Below, piece by piece: positions 51,723 to 60,612 of a DNA stretch of 64,000 nt. Each line of letters begins with the position of its first letter. Position 1 is the first letter of the stretch. Origin of the DNA: Pyrodictiaceae archaeon (GTDB taxonomy: Archaea > Thermoproteota > Thermoprotei_A > Sulfolobales > WAQK01); NCBI GenBank assembly GCA_015520265.1, contig WAQK01000094.1:28555-92554 (forward strand). The letters are read 5' to 3'. Position numbers and translations under genes: made by a program. Below the pieces are notes generated by a model. That model did not search any database. It had not been told where the DNA came from and saw only the letters and a list, made by a program, of their open reading frames with translations.

Positions 51723-52961
51723 CTATGCCCGTAGAACCTTCTCGACTCCCAGTATAAGTTTTATCGCCTCAAGCTGATCGCCCAGCCACCCGTAGGCCAT
51801 GGCGTAGTTGGCTCCGAGAGGCTCCTCCAGCAGGAAGCCTGGATCCCTATTGGTCCGAATCCTAAGCGTGGTGGGGTCGGGGCTCTCCACGGACTCCAAC
51901 ATCTTGGCGGTTCTGCCCTCAATTATGTGCATGGTTTTGAGATCGCCCGAGATCCTGAAGAGGGTTACCAGTTCGCCCTCGCCCGGCACCATTGCCACCT
52001 TGGGCCCTTCACTAGTCATTACGAACGAGTAGTACATACTACCTATCAGGGGCGGGCTGGGCGAGGCAACTATGACCTCCTCGCTTCCCACGTTCACTGG
52101 TTTAGCTATGGCGACAGGCGTCTCGGTGAGGGTCTGGAGGATCACAGCGGAGAATAGGGCTGGCACGTCGTTGCCGCATATGGCCGGTATCTTGTCGATG
52201 GCTAGGAGGGAGAGCGCAAGGTGTATGGGTAGCTCCTCGAACTCGGAGCAGCTCACTGCTAGGGCGGAGCTTCTCGTCGAGTCGGCAAAGGTTCTAAGAG
52301 CATGGTAGAGCCTGCACCCCTTGTCTATGGTGCCTGGACTCACGTTTCTCCTCGGTATCTTGAGCATGGATGCCACCATGTCCTTGACCTCCTCGGAGCG
52401 CACCTTGCGGTAGAGGCTCATGATGTGCCCAACATTGTGGACTCTCAGCTCGGCGTCCAGCGTGGTGAGCAGATGGTCGTAGTGGAGGTCTATGCTGGAC
52501 TCCGGGCCGCTGTGTCTGCCCAGGAGGGCTATTCTGATTCCCTTGAACCTCTTAACGTACTTGGCTGCCACCAGGTAGTTGGTGAGGGGGCCCAGGGAGG
52601 AGGGTGCGTGTAGGACTACTATCCTCTGCTGCCTGAAGCCGCGCTCCCTGAGGGAGGCGGCTATACCCAGCACCTCTGCGAAGCTGGCCCTCTTCTCGAG
52701 GGCCACCAGTAGCACGGGCTTCTTCAGGGTTGCTATCCTGTAGACTATGGGTGCCGCCCCTTGGGAAAGTATGAAGAGGACTACGAGGGACGAGTCCCTA
52801 AGCTCCGGGACGTAGGACATCACGTCCTGGACGGTGTGGACTTCCCTTAGAACGTACCCGTATCTGGACTCGTTTTCCTTTAGAACACGTCTAAGCTCGG
52901 AGGCTAGGGGGGTTTCGGCAGCCTCCTCGCTGCCTACCAGGAAGACGTAGGCCGAAGTCAT
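51723..52961 (-). CDS. Hypothetical protein with an L-fucose/L-arabinose isomerase-like architecture
   Basis: 412-aa ORF. It has an N-terminal alpha/beta region. The C-terminal pattern (LVTLFRISGD..MHIIEGRT.....NYAMAYGWLGDQLEAIKLILGVEKV) recalls the FucI/AraA C-terminal barrel. The family assignment is tentative. Confidence 0.5.
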   Translation of the reverse strand: MTSAYVFLVGSEEAAETPLASELRRVLKENESRYGYVLREVHTVQDVMSYVPELRDSSLVVLFILSQGAAPIVYRIATLKKPVLLVALEKRASFAEVLGIAASLRERGFRQQRIVVLHAPSSLGPLTNYLVAAKYVKRFKGIRIALLGRHSGPESSIDLHYDHLLTTLDAELRVHNVGHIMSLYRKVRSEEVKDMVASMLKIPRRNVSPGTIDKGCRLYHALRTFADSTRSSALAVSCSEFEELPIHLALSLLAIDKIPAICGNDVPALFSAVILQTLTETPVAIAKPVNVGSEEVIVASPSPPLIGSMYYSFVMTSEGPKVAMVPGEGELVTLFRISGDLKTMHIIEGRTAKMLESVESPDPTTLRIRTNRDPGFLLEEPLGANYAMAYGWLGDQLEAIKLILGVEKVLRA

Positions 52962-53039
52962 ATGGTGCAGCCCCGCCGCTCAGCGGCTGGTGTTAAATTC
53001 TCCTTTAATACTGAAATAGATTATGCCCTACGATCCGGT

Positions 53040-53675
53040 CTATACTGAAGCATATTCCTGGAGCATGTCCGCGAAGTGCTCCGCCGAGACCACCATCACG
53101 CCCAGCATGTTGCAGAGCTTCTTAATCCCATCATCGCTGGTCACCATGATCCCGTTGACTTCAAGCGATAGTATGGCGGCTCCGAAGTCTGCTGCACTGT
53201 CCACGACGCCGTGCCTTGTTGCTTCCCGATACTTCTCCCGCAGGGCGCGTATCAGCTGGCCTAGGTCCGTGTCGCCTCGCGCGGCCTTCTTCACAACCTC
53301 CTCAGCCACCTTTAGGCCCTTGGTCAGCCTCTTCTGGAACTCCTCCACGTAGGAGGCCATCACTGCTGCAGGGATCTTCACGTCGTGTAGGCTCGGCGAC
53401 TTTACTACAAGCCATGCAGCAAACCTGTTGACGGTCTCCTCGCTTACCCCGTTATTCAGGAGGAAGTTCCTCAACTCCTCCATCATCAGCGGGGTCACGT
53501 AGAACCTTGCCTCGTGCTTCAGGGTCACCTTCTTGAGGAGCTCGGCCAGCGATGAAACAGTCTCTTCCAGGCTCGAGGCGCCGAGATGCCTCCTGAGTCC
53601 GAGATCGGCAACCGAGCTAGTGTCCAGTACGAAGACCAGCAACCGGCCCACCAGTCGGAGAGACGCTGCATCCAA
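53040..53675 (-). CDS. RNA ligase partner protein (PIN-like, MJ_0950 family)
   Basis: N-terminal PIN-like FVLDTSS. About 200 aa. It is divergently adjacent to a Pab1020-type RNA ligase, which is the defining genomic context of this family. Confidence 0.65.
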   Translation of the reverse strand: MDAASLRLVGRLLVFVLDTSSVADLGLRRHLGASSLEETVSSLAELLKKVTLKHEARFYVTPLMMEELRNFLLNNGVSEETVNRFAAWLVVKSPSLHDVKIPAAVMASYVEEFQKRLTKGLKVAEEVVKKAARGDTDLGQLIRALREKYREATRHGVVDSAADFGAAILSLEVNGIMVTSDDGIKKLCNMLGVMVVSAEHFADMLQEYASV

Positions 53676-53722
53676 GCACTAATATAGCGATGGATGGGTT
53701 ATAACTATCAGGGTTAGACGGC

Positions 53723-54874
53723 TTGTCCCAACGCCTAGTAGAAGCGGTTTCCCAGGTATTCGGGGTTGGCCGCGAGGCGGCCGAAGCTCTTCTCGAGAAA
53801 AGGGTTTTCCGAATCATGTCTTACCGGGGCATCGTGTACTTGGCGCTGAGGAGGGACTACGGAGGTCACCGTGAGGGCACGGTTCTTGCTGTGGGAAGGA
53901 GGGAGTACAGGCTTGTTCCAGGCTATCCTCCCATAAGTAGGGTGCTTGTGCTCTCCAGAGCCATGCCTCGCCACTTCGTTGACAAGGTTGTAGTTGAGGA
54001 GAAGATGGATGGATACAATGTGAGGGTCTTCATGCTGGAGGGAGAGATCTACGCGGCGACGCGGGGCGGCTACGTATGCCCCTACACGACGGCCAGGATC
54101 CGGAGGATGTATGGCCCCAATCTTCTGGATCTCTTCGAAGAGGAGGGCAACAGCCTGATAATCGTGGGTGAGGTCGTCGGCATGGAGAATCCCTATACCC
54201 GGTTCCCCTACCCCGAGTCTCCGGGCTTCGCCTTCAAGGTGTTCGACATTGCCAGGAACAACTCATTCGTGAGCATCGAGGAGAGGAACAAGCTGGTGTC
54301 TCGATACGGGCTTGACCAGGTCCCCGTCCTCGGAGTCGTTGACAAGCACGACGTGGCGGCTGTAAGGAGGATAGTGAGGAGCCTCGAGGAGAGGGGCAGG
54401 GAAGGCATAGTGCTTAAAGACCCTGACTATAGGGTCCCGCCGCTCAAGTACACCACGGGGCACATCAACGTGGAGGACCTTAGGCTCGGGATGAAGTTCT
54501 TCTTCGACGAGGGCAGATCCTTCCTCTTCCCCCGGCTCCTCCGGCAGATCTTTCTGGCCTTCGAGGAGGGGTGGAGTCCCTCAAAACTGGAGGCCGAAGC
54601 CAGGCGTCTCGGTGAGGCCCTACTCAGACCCGCTGTGGAGGCTGTGCACAGCGTGGCCTCGAACAGGGGTTTATACGAGGAGTATGTCCTTGTCTTCCAG
54701 TCCGAAGAAGAGGCGTCCGAGTTCGAAGAATACATGTCGACCCTCGGAGTACAGATAGTGCGGGGACAGGTAACGGTGCATAATGGTGAGCTCAGGATAC
54801 TATACAAGAAACTCAAGGACACGGCTGTGAGGATCATGAATATCCTCGAGACCGGGATATCCCCGTTGGACTAG
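53723..54874 (+). CDS. ATP-dependent RNA ligase (Pab1020 / COG1423 family)
   Basis: Nucleotidyltransferase motif I EEKMDGYNVR (KxDG) followed by GEVVG and EGIVLKD motifs. Confidence 0.8.
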   Translation: MSQRLVEAVSQVFGVGREAAEALLEKRVFRIMSYRGIVYLALRRDYGGHREGTVLAVGRREYRLVPGYPPISRVLVLSRAMPRHFVDKVVVEEKMDGYNVRVFMLEGEIYAATRGGYVCPYTTARIRRMYGPNLLDLFEEEGNSLIIVGEVVGMENPYTRFPYPESPGFAFKVFDIARNNSFVSIEERNKLVSRYGLDQVPVLGVVDKHDVAAVRRIVRSLEERGREGIVLKDPDYRVPPLKYTTGHINVEDLRLGMKFFFDEGRSFLFPRLLRQIFLAFEEGWSPSKLEAEARRLGEALLRPAVEAVHSVASNRGLYEEYVLVFQSEEEASEFEEYMSTLGVQIVRGQVTVHNGELRILYKKLKDTAVRIMNILETGISPLD

Positions 54875-54928
54875 CCTAACGAGGCTCTAGGGAAAAATAG
54901 AGTATTGATGAAATTTTGCGGCCTCAGT

Positions 54929-57034
54929 CTAGCGACGCCTCAGGGCTGCCAGTGCCACTATCACCACTACAACGACGACTAGCGCCAGAAGCGCCGTAGG
55001 CACGCCTTCCTCGGTAGGCGTCGTTGTCGTTGTTGTGGTAGTTGTAGTTGTCGTGGTGGTTGTCTCTGTGGGTGTTGTGGTCGTAGTCGTTGTGGTAGTT
55101 GTTGTCGTCGTTGTGGTTGTGGTGGTCGTTGTGGTGGTTGTAGTTGTCGTGGTGGTCGTCGTTGTTTCGGCTGGCGGCGTGGTTGTAGTTGTCGTTGTGG
55201 TTGTGGTCGTAGTTTCAGGCTGCCCGAACTGGTATGTGAAGGTCTCCAGGGTCTCCTTGCCCGTGAAGTCCTTGGCGTAGACGGTTAGTTCAGCCGCCTT
55301 GCCGCGTGGCACGGGGCTTATCTCGACAACATAGTATCCTCCGCTTCTGGTCAGCGTGTAGTCCCAGGCTTCGCCCTCCACCGTCACGTTGATGTCGAGC
55401 TGGGCTATGCCGGTCTCGTCGCTAATGTCGAGGTATACGGTGAGCGGCGAGCCGGGTCTCGGTGTTCTTGGAATGGTTAGTGCCGGCTGCACGCTGGGCG
55501 GACTGGTGTCCTCCTGCGAGCTTACGGCGACGCTTAGGAATGATCCTCTAGGCATGCTTAGGCTTACCGCTAGGTATAGGTAGTTGCCGTCTACCAGGTA
55601 GTCCTTGACCTCTACCTGCGCACCTCCCTCAGTGTGCGTGTAGTATATCACGTTGTCTCCATACTCCCAGGGGAACCTGAGGATTATGGTGTTGGAGAGG
55701 TCCAGGTGCTCAAGGTTGTTGGTGAGGCTGAAACCTAAGCCGGCGGATCCAACATCGTACCTGGCGTAGAAGTATGTAGGCTTGGTGGGGTCCACGGAGA
55801 GGCCGTTCATGAGTCCGCGGTAGGAGCCGTTCATCCTGAAGCTGGGCGGCGCGAAGGGGAAGGAGATCTCGCCGTTGGCGGAGATATTTATCACCTGGAA
55901 CCCGTTGTAGGCGTCTCTGGCCCTGCTCTGAGCCAGTGTGGTTGTAGTGACGAAGTACGTGGTGGTGCCTGTCCTGGTGGACTTGTATATAACCAGCTGG
56001 TCCCTGTGGATGTGGCCTGCCAGTACCAGGGTTATATTATAGTCCTCGCACATCTTGAGGAACTGTCTCGCGTACTTCTCGTACTGGGGGTAGTCGCCGC
56101 CTGGAGCGCCCCAGTAGTATGACAGCTTTGAGGCGTCAAGCGTGTCGTAAGATGCCTCTATGGTGCCGTGGTAGTAGAAGACGGGGTGATGCATCAGCAC
56201 GATCTTGACCTTGGCGTCGCTATTGGCCTGCAGTATGCTTTCAAGCCACGCCATCTCCTCGTCGCTGGCAAGCTCTACTCCGGCCAGGCCGGGCTCCTTG
56301 GTGTCGTAGCCTATGATCAGGAAGTCCCCTATCCTTCTATACCATTTTCTGGGCCCAGCGTATTTCTGGAAGTTATCGGTACCCCAGTCGTGGTTGCCGG
56401 GCACCATTAATACCGGCGTCTGGGGTATGAAGGACTCGAGGACGCTGAGCAGGTCATAGTACTCCTTCTCGCCAGCCTGGTCGGTTGTGTCGCCAGTTAT
56501 GAATGCCATCTGAACGCCTAGTATCTGTGAGAGTATCATGCCGGCCACACGCTTCTCCTTAGATGCTATGAAGGCGTGGTGGTCACTGCTGTGGGATACC
56601 AGCAGATACTGGGGCATGCTCTTCAGGATCCATACGGACTTCTCGACCATGTGGGTGGTGCCCGAGATCGTTATGTAGAGGTCGTACAGTCCAGGAGCAG
56701 CGTCTCCGGGAACCGCCACTGTAAGCGTGTTGCCGGAGGCCGACTGTATGGACAGGTCGTAGCTGTGCTTAGCCAGCTGGCCGCCCTCCAGGGTAACCGC
56801 CTCAATCCGTACGGCTTCGACGTCGCTGGCACTGTAGCCCTCCTTAAGTACTATCTGGAACGTGGATCCCGGCAACGCCGATGTCGGGAACGTGGGTGCA
56901 GGGTCCTCGGTGACCAGCTCGGGGAACGGGTGGGCCGTTGTCTGGGTGACAGGTATGACGGCAATGTACGACGACAACACTATTAGTGTGGCTATCAGTG
57001 TTGCGAGAAGGGTGCGCCTCCTCACTCTATGCAC
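54929..57034 (-). CDS. Extracellular metallophosphoesterase with a C-terminal poly-Thr stalk and TM anchor
   Basis: Signal/TM N-terminus (LLATLIATLIVL). Motifs SDHH, TGDTTD, PGNHDW, MHHP and GHIHRD. More than 60 Thr in the C-terminal stalk, then LLALVVVVVVIVALAALRRR. Confidence 0.75.
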   Translation of the reverse strand: MHRVRRRTLLATLIATLIVLSSYIAVIPVTQTTAHPFPELVTEDPAPTFPTSALPGSTFQIVLKEGYSASDVEAVRIEAVTLEGGQLAKHSYDLSIQSASGNTLTVAVPGDAAPGLYDLYITISGTTHMVEKSVWILKSMPQYLLVSHSSDHHAFIASKEKRVAGMILSQILGVQMAFITGDTTDQAGEKEYYDLLSVLESFIPQTPVLMVPGNHDWGTDNFQKYAGPRKWYRRIGDFLIIGYDTKEPGLAGVELASDEEMAWLESILQANSDAKVKIVLMHHPVFYYHGTIEASYDTLDASKLSYYWGAPGGDYPQYEKYARQFLKMCEDYNITLVLAGHIHRDQLVIYKSTRTGTTTYFVTTTTLAQSRARDAYNGFQVINISANGEISFPFAPPSFRMNGSYRGLMNGLSVDPTKPTYFYARYDVGSAGLGFSLTNNLEHLDLSNTIILRFPWEYGDNVIYYTHTEGGAQVEVKDYLVDGNYLYLAVSLSMPRGSFLSVAVSSQEDTSPPSVQPALTIPRTPRPGSPLTVYLDISDETGIAQLDINVTVEGEAWDYTLTRSGGYYVVEISPVPRGKAAELTVYAKDFTGKETLETFTYQFGQPETTTTTTTTTTTTPPAETTTTTTTTTTTTTTTTTTTTTTTTTTTTTTTPTETTTTTTTTTTTTTTTPTEEGVPTALLALVVVVVVIVALAALRRR
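55015..55216 (-). repeat. Poly-threonine coding tract ((GTN)n on the plus strand, ACN codons on the minus strand), interrupted by PTE/PPAE
   Basis: Read directly. All four ACN codons are used, so this is protein-level low complexity and not a simple microsatellite. Confidence 0.9.
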
Positions 57035-57136
57035 CTTGATTCTGAATCCCCGGAGAGAACTTTAAATTTAGCCTCCGAAACCGTTTAAACATGCGTGTAA
57101 ATTTTATGTAAATATATTAAAGCATTGTTTAAGTAG

Positions 57137-58186
57137 GTGAGCCCACCATACATACAGCACCGGGAAACCGTGCCTCTAACCCTGGTATGCGGGGGAGGAT
57201 TCGGCGACGAAGGCAAGGGCAAGATATCGGCCTACCTCGCCATCAGTGATTCTCCAATACTCTCCGTGAGAACCGGAAGCATAAACGCCGGGCACACCGT
57301 GGTCCATAAAGGGAGGAGGTTTAAAGTAAGGCAGCTACCCTCAGCATTTCTGAACCCCTCCACCAGGCTGGCGGTGGCTGCAGGCGCCCTCTTGAGGCTC
57401 GACGTGTTCTTCTCCGAGGTCAAGGAACTCGGAGTGTCGAGCAGGGTTGTGGTGGACCGTTCAGCAGGCGTCATAGAGCCGAGGCACGTCGAGGCCGAGA
57501 GGAGGGATAAGGTGCTCGCGGGGATAGGCTCCACGGCTCAGGGCGTCGGGGCAGCGATGGCGGACCGCGTTATGAGGAGGCTGCGCCTGGCATGGGAGTA
57601 CGGCGAGCTAGCCCCGTATCTCGGCAATGTAGCTGATCTCGTGGAGGAGGCCCTGGACGAGCAGGGCCCAGTAATGGTGGAGGGGACCCAGGGCCTCTAT
57701 CTAAGCCTGTACCATGGTACCTATCCCTACGTTACCAGCAGGGATACCTCGGCAGCCGCCATACTAAGCGAGGTGGGCGTGGGGCCCCGGAGGGTCGATG
57801 ACGTGGTGGTTGTCTTCAAGGCCTACCTAACCAGGGTTGGCGGGGGGCCTCTACCTGGCGAGCTCGAGGTGGAGGAGGCCGCCAAGCTGGGCATGCTGGA
57901 GAAAGCCACGGTAACCGGGAGGGTGAGGAGGGCAGCGCCATTCAATGTGGAGATGGCTAGGAGAGCGGTCCGCGTCAATACGGCGACACAAGTCGCCATA
58001 ACTAAGCTAGACGTGCTTTTCCCAGGGGCGGCTGGGGCTAGACGTTGGCAGGACCTGCCGCCGGAGACCAGGAAGTGGGTCGACTGGGTCGAGGATCAGC
58101 TGGGGGCCCCTGTAACACTGCTAGGCACGGGCGAGGAGGCTACGCACACGGTGGATCTGCGCAGGGAGAAGCTTGGTCCTCTCTAA
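57137..58186 (+). CDS. purA: Adenylosuccinate synthetase (short archaeal form)
   Basis: GGGFGDEGKGKISAYL P-loop, GSINAGHTV, and TQGLYLSLYHGTYPYVTS. Confidence 0.9.
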   Translation: MSPPYIQHRETVPLTLVCGGGFGDEGKGKISAYLAISDSPILSVRTGSINAGHTVVHKGRRFKVRQLPSAFLNPSTRLAVAAGALLRLDVFFSEVKELGVSSRVVVDRSAGVIEPRHVEAERRDKVLAGIGSTAQGVGAAMADRVMRRLRLAWEYGELAPYLGNVADLVEEALDEQGPVMVEGTQGLYLSLYHGTYPYVTSRDTSAAAILSEVGVGPRRVDDVVVVFKAYLTRVGGGPLPGELEVEEAAKLGMLEKATVTGRVRRAAPFNVEMARRAVRVNTATQVAITKLDVLFPGAAGARRWQDLPPETRKWVDWVEDQLGAPVTLLGTGEEATHTVDLRREKLGPL

Positions 58187-58192
58187 GGGAGG

Positions 58193-59587
58193 ATGATGTG
58201 CTTGACTGTGTGTCCCCTCGAATACAGGTACGGCACAGCAGAGATGAGGAGGCTCTTTTCCAGGGAAAACCTTGTGACCAGGATGGTGGAGGTTGAGCTG
58301 GCTCTGCTGCAGGGCCTCGCCTCGGCAGGGCTGGCACCCGAGGAATGCGGATCCATTGGTGGAGTAACAGTTAGGCCTAGCATGCTCGACGAGGCGGAGA
58401 GGAGGATAGGCCACGAGGTGGCAGCTCTTGCCGAGATCCTCGCCGAAAAGCTGGGTGGGTGCGGCAAATACGTGCATCTTGGAGCCACGAGCAACGACAT
58501 AATAGATACTGCATGGGCCCTGGTTCTACGGGACGCGCTGAGCATCATAGGAAGCAGGCTTTGGTCCCTGATAGGGGCTCTACGCAGACTGGCGGAGGAG
58601 CATATGGATACTTTGATGGTGGGCAGGACCCATGGGCAACATGCGCTACCCGTAACGCTGGGCTTCAAGGCGGCCAACTACGTCTACGAGTTCTCCAGGA
58701 GCATAGTGAGGCTCTGCGAAGCTAGGCGCCGAGTGGTGTTGGGCAAGATGTCCGGCGCCGTGGGCACTATGGCGGCCTGGGGCTCCGCTGGCCTCCTCGT
58801 CGAAGCTGAGGCCCTGGCGAGGCTGGGTCTGAAGCCTCACCCCATCTCCACACAGGTTGCACCCCGGGACGGCTACGCAGAGCTGGCAGCAGTGCTAGCC
58901 ATACTAGCGTCCCAGCTGGACAGGTTGGCCACTGAGGTGCGGGAGCTTTCGAGGCCCGAGATAGGGGAGCTGGCCGAGCCCGGCTCCCGGAGAAGGGTGG
59001 GTAGTAGCACTATGCCGCACAAATCCAACCCCACCCTCTCGGAGAGGGTATCCGGATTGGCCCGGATCGTGAGAGGCCTCGCTGTGGCCGGGTTTGAGAA
59101 CCTCGTTTTATGGCATGAGAGGGACCTCTCCAACAGCTCTGCCGAGAGGCTGCTACTACCCCACATGTTCATGCTAGTAGACCAGATGCTGGCCGATGCC
59201 GCGAGGATTGTAGAGGGCCTCGAGGTGCGGGCTGAGGCTATGAGGCGCAACCTGGAGCTGAGCAGAGGCGCGATTCTCTCGGAGGCAGTCATGGTGAAGC
59301 TTGTCGAGAAGGGTGTGCCGCGTCACGAGGCCCATAGGCTCCTGAGAAGGCTGGCGCTGAGGGCTGAAGCCGAAGGCAAGGGCTTCGCGGAGCTTGTTAA
59401 GGAGAGCCCCGAGGTATCGGATCTCCTAGGGGGCGAGCTGGACGAGATCCTCGATCCCAGCAATTATCTGGGGATGTATAGGGAACTAGTGGCTAGGGCC
59501 TTCGAGTACGCGGAGAGGGCTGCTAAGGTGTGCGGCTACTCCAACTCCTCCCAGGGCAGCACGCGGACGTGCTCGTACTCCACGTAG
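58193..59587 (+). CDS. purB: Adenylosuccinate lyase
   Basis: PLEYRYGTAEMRRLFS N-terminus and the fumarate-lyase signature GSSTMPHKSNP. Confidence 0.9.
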   Translation: MMCLTVCPLEYRYGTAEMRRLFSRENLVTRMVEVELALLQGLASAGLAPEECGSIGGVTVRPSMLDEAERRIGHEVAALAEILAEKLGGCGKYVHLGATSNDIIDTAWALVLRDALSIIGSRLWSLIGALRRLAEEHMDTLMVGRTHGQHALPVTLGFKAANYVYEFSRSIVRLCEARRRVVLGKMSGAVGTMAAWGSAGLLVEAEALARLGLKPHPISTQVAPRDGYAELAAVLAILASQLDRLATEVRELSRPEIGELAEPGSRRRVGSSTMPHKSNPTLSERVSGLARIVRGLAVAGFENLVLWHERDLSNSSAERLLLPHMFMLVDQMLADAARIVEGLEVRAEAMRRNLELSRGAILSEAVMVKLVEKGVPRHEAHRLLRRLALRAEAEGKGFAELVKESPEVSDLLGGELDEILDPSNYLGMYRELVARAFEYAERAAKVCGYSNSSQGSTRTCSYST

Positions 59588-60612
59588 AGCTTTATGTCGG
59601 CCCCCATGGAGGGCTCCTCGTCTGGTTCCAGGTACGCCAGCACCTTGAGCCCGTTCACATCGACCCTGACATTGACGTGGTCTCCCAGGAACATGGTTAG
59701 GTCTACCTTGCCCTGGAACTCGTTGTATCCCGAGGTCCTGGGGGGCTGGGTCTCTATGCTTTCAGGCCTTATGACCACGGCCACCTTGTCGCCGGGCTCA
59801 AGCTTTATGTCGGGCTCCTTGACTCCGGTCAGCGTGAAGCCGTTCAGTATGGCTTTTACCTGGTCGTCCTCCACGTCCAGCACGGTGGCTTCGAAGATGT
59901 TGCTCCTGCCTATGAACCAGGCAGTGAACAGGTTGCGCGGGTGGAAGTATATGTCCCTGGGTGTGCCCACCTGCATGACGCGGCCCCTGTTCATTACTGC
60001 TATCCTGTCGGATATGCTCATGGCCTCTTCCTGGTCGTGGGTCACGTAGATCGTCGTTATGCCCAGCTCCTTTTGCAGCTTCTTTATCTCCTCCCTCATG
60101 CCCACTCTAAGCTTGGCGTCCAGGTTGCTGAGGGGCTCGTCGAGTAGCAAGACCTTGGGCTGCACCACCAGTGCCCTGGCCAGAGCCACCCTCTGCTGCT
60201 GCCCCCCGCTAAGCTGGTTGGGATATCTTTTCTCGAGGCCTTCGAGCTTAACCAGGCTCAGCACCTCCTTTACCCTGCGGTCTATTTCCTCCTTGGGGAG
60301 CTTCCTGAGCCTGAGGCCGTAGGCTATGTTGTCGTACACCGTCATGTGGGGCCAGAGGGCGTAGTTCTGGAAAACCATGGCGGTGTTCCTCTTGTAGGGC
60401 TTCAGGTAGGTCACGTCCTCGTCGTCGAAGAAGACCCGGCCCTCGTCGGGGAACTCGAACCCTGCTATCACCCTGAGAGTGGTGGTCTTGCCGCAGCCGC
60501 TGGGGCCCAGCAAGGTGAAGAGCTCGCCCTCCTCGATCTCCAGGCTAACCCTGTCCATCGCCACAGTTTTGCCGAACCTCTTGGTCACCTCCAACAGCAC
60601 TACTCTTGTCAT
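59536..60612 (-). CDS. ABC transporter ATP-binding protein (Fe3+ / polyamine / sugar importer type)
   Basis: Walker A GPSGCGKTT, LSGGQQQRVALARAL, LLLDEPLS, and a C-terminal TOBE-like domain. Confidence 0.85.
   Translation of the reverse strand: MTRVVLLEVTKRFGKTVAMDRVSLEIEEGELFTLLGPSGCGKTTTLRVIAGFEFPDEGRVFFDDEDVTYLKPYKRNTAMVFQNYALWPHMTVYDNIAYGLRLRKLPKEEIDRRVKEVLSLVKLEGLEKRYPNQLSGGQQQRVALARALVVQPKVLLLDEPLSNLDAKLRVGMREEIKKLQKELGITTIYVTHDQEEAMSISDRIAVMNRGRVMQVGTPRDIYFHPRNLFTAWFIGRSNIFEATVLDVEDDQVKAILNGFTLTGVKEPDIKLEPGDKVAVVIRPESIETQPPRTSGYNEFQGKVDLTMFLGDHVNVRVDVNGLKVLAYLEPDEEPSMGADIKLYVEYEHVRVLPWEELE

Noticed and set aside
55015-55216. A (GTN)n periodic repeat that superficially resembles a microsatellite or an array.
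   Set aside because: It is in frame within a long, well-supported CDS and encodes poly-Thr using mixed ACN codons. It is not a CRISPR array (no spacer/repeat alternation) and not a slippage-type simple repeat.
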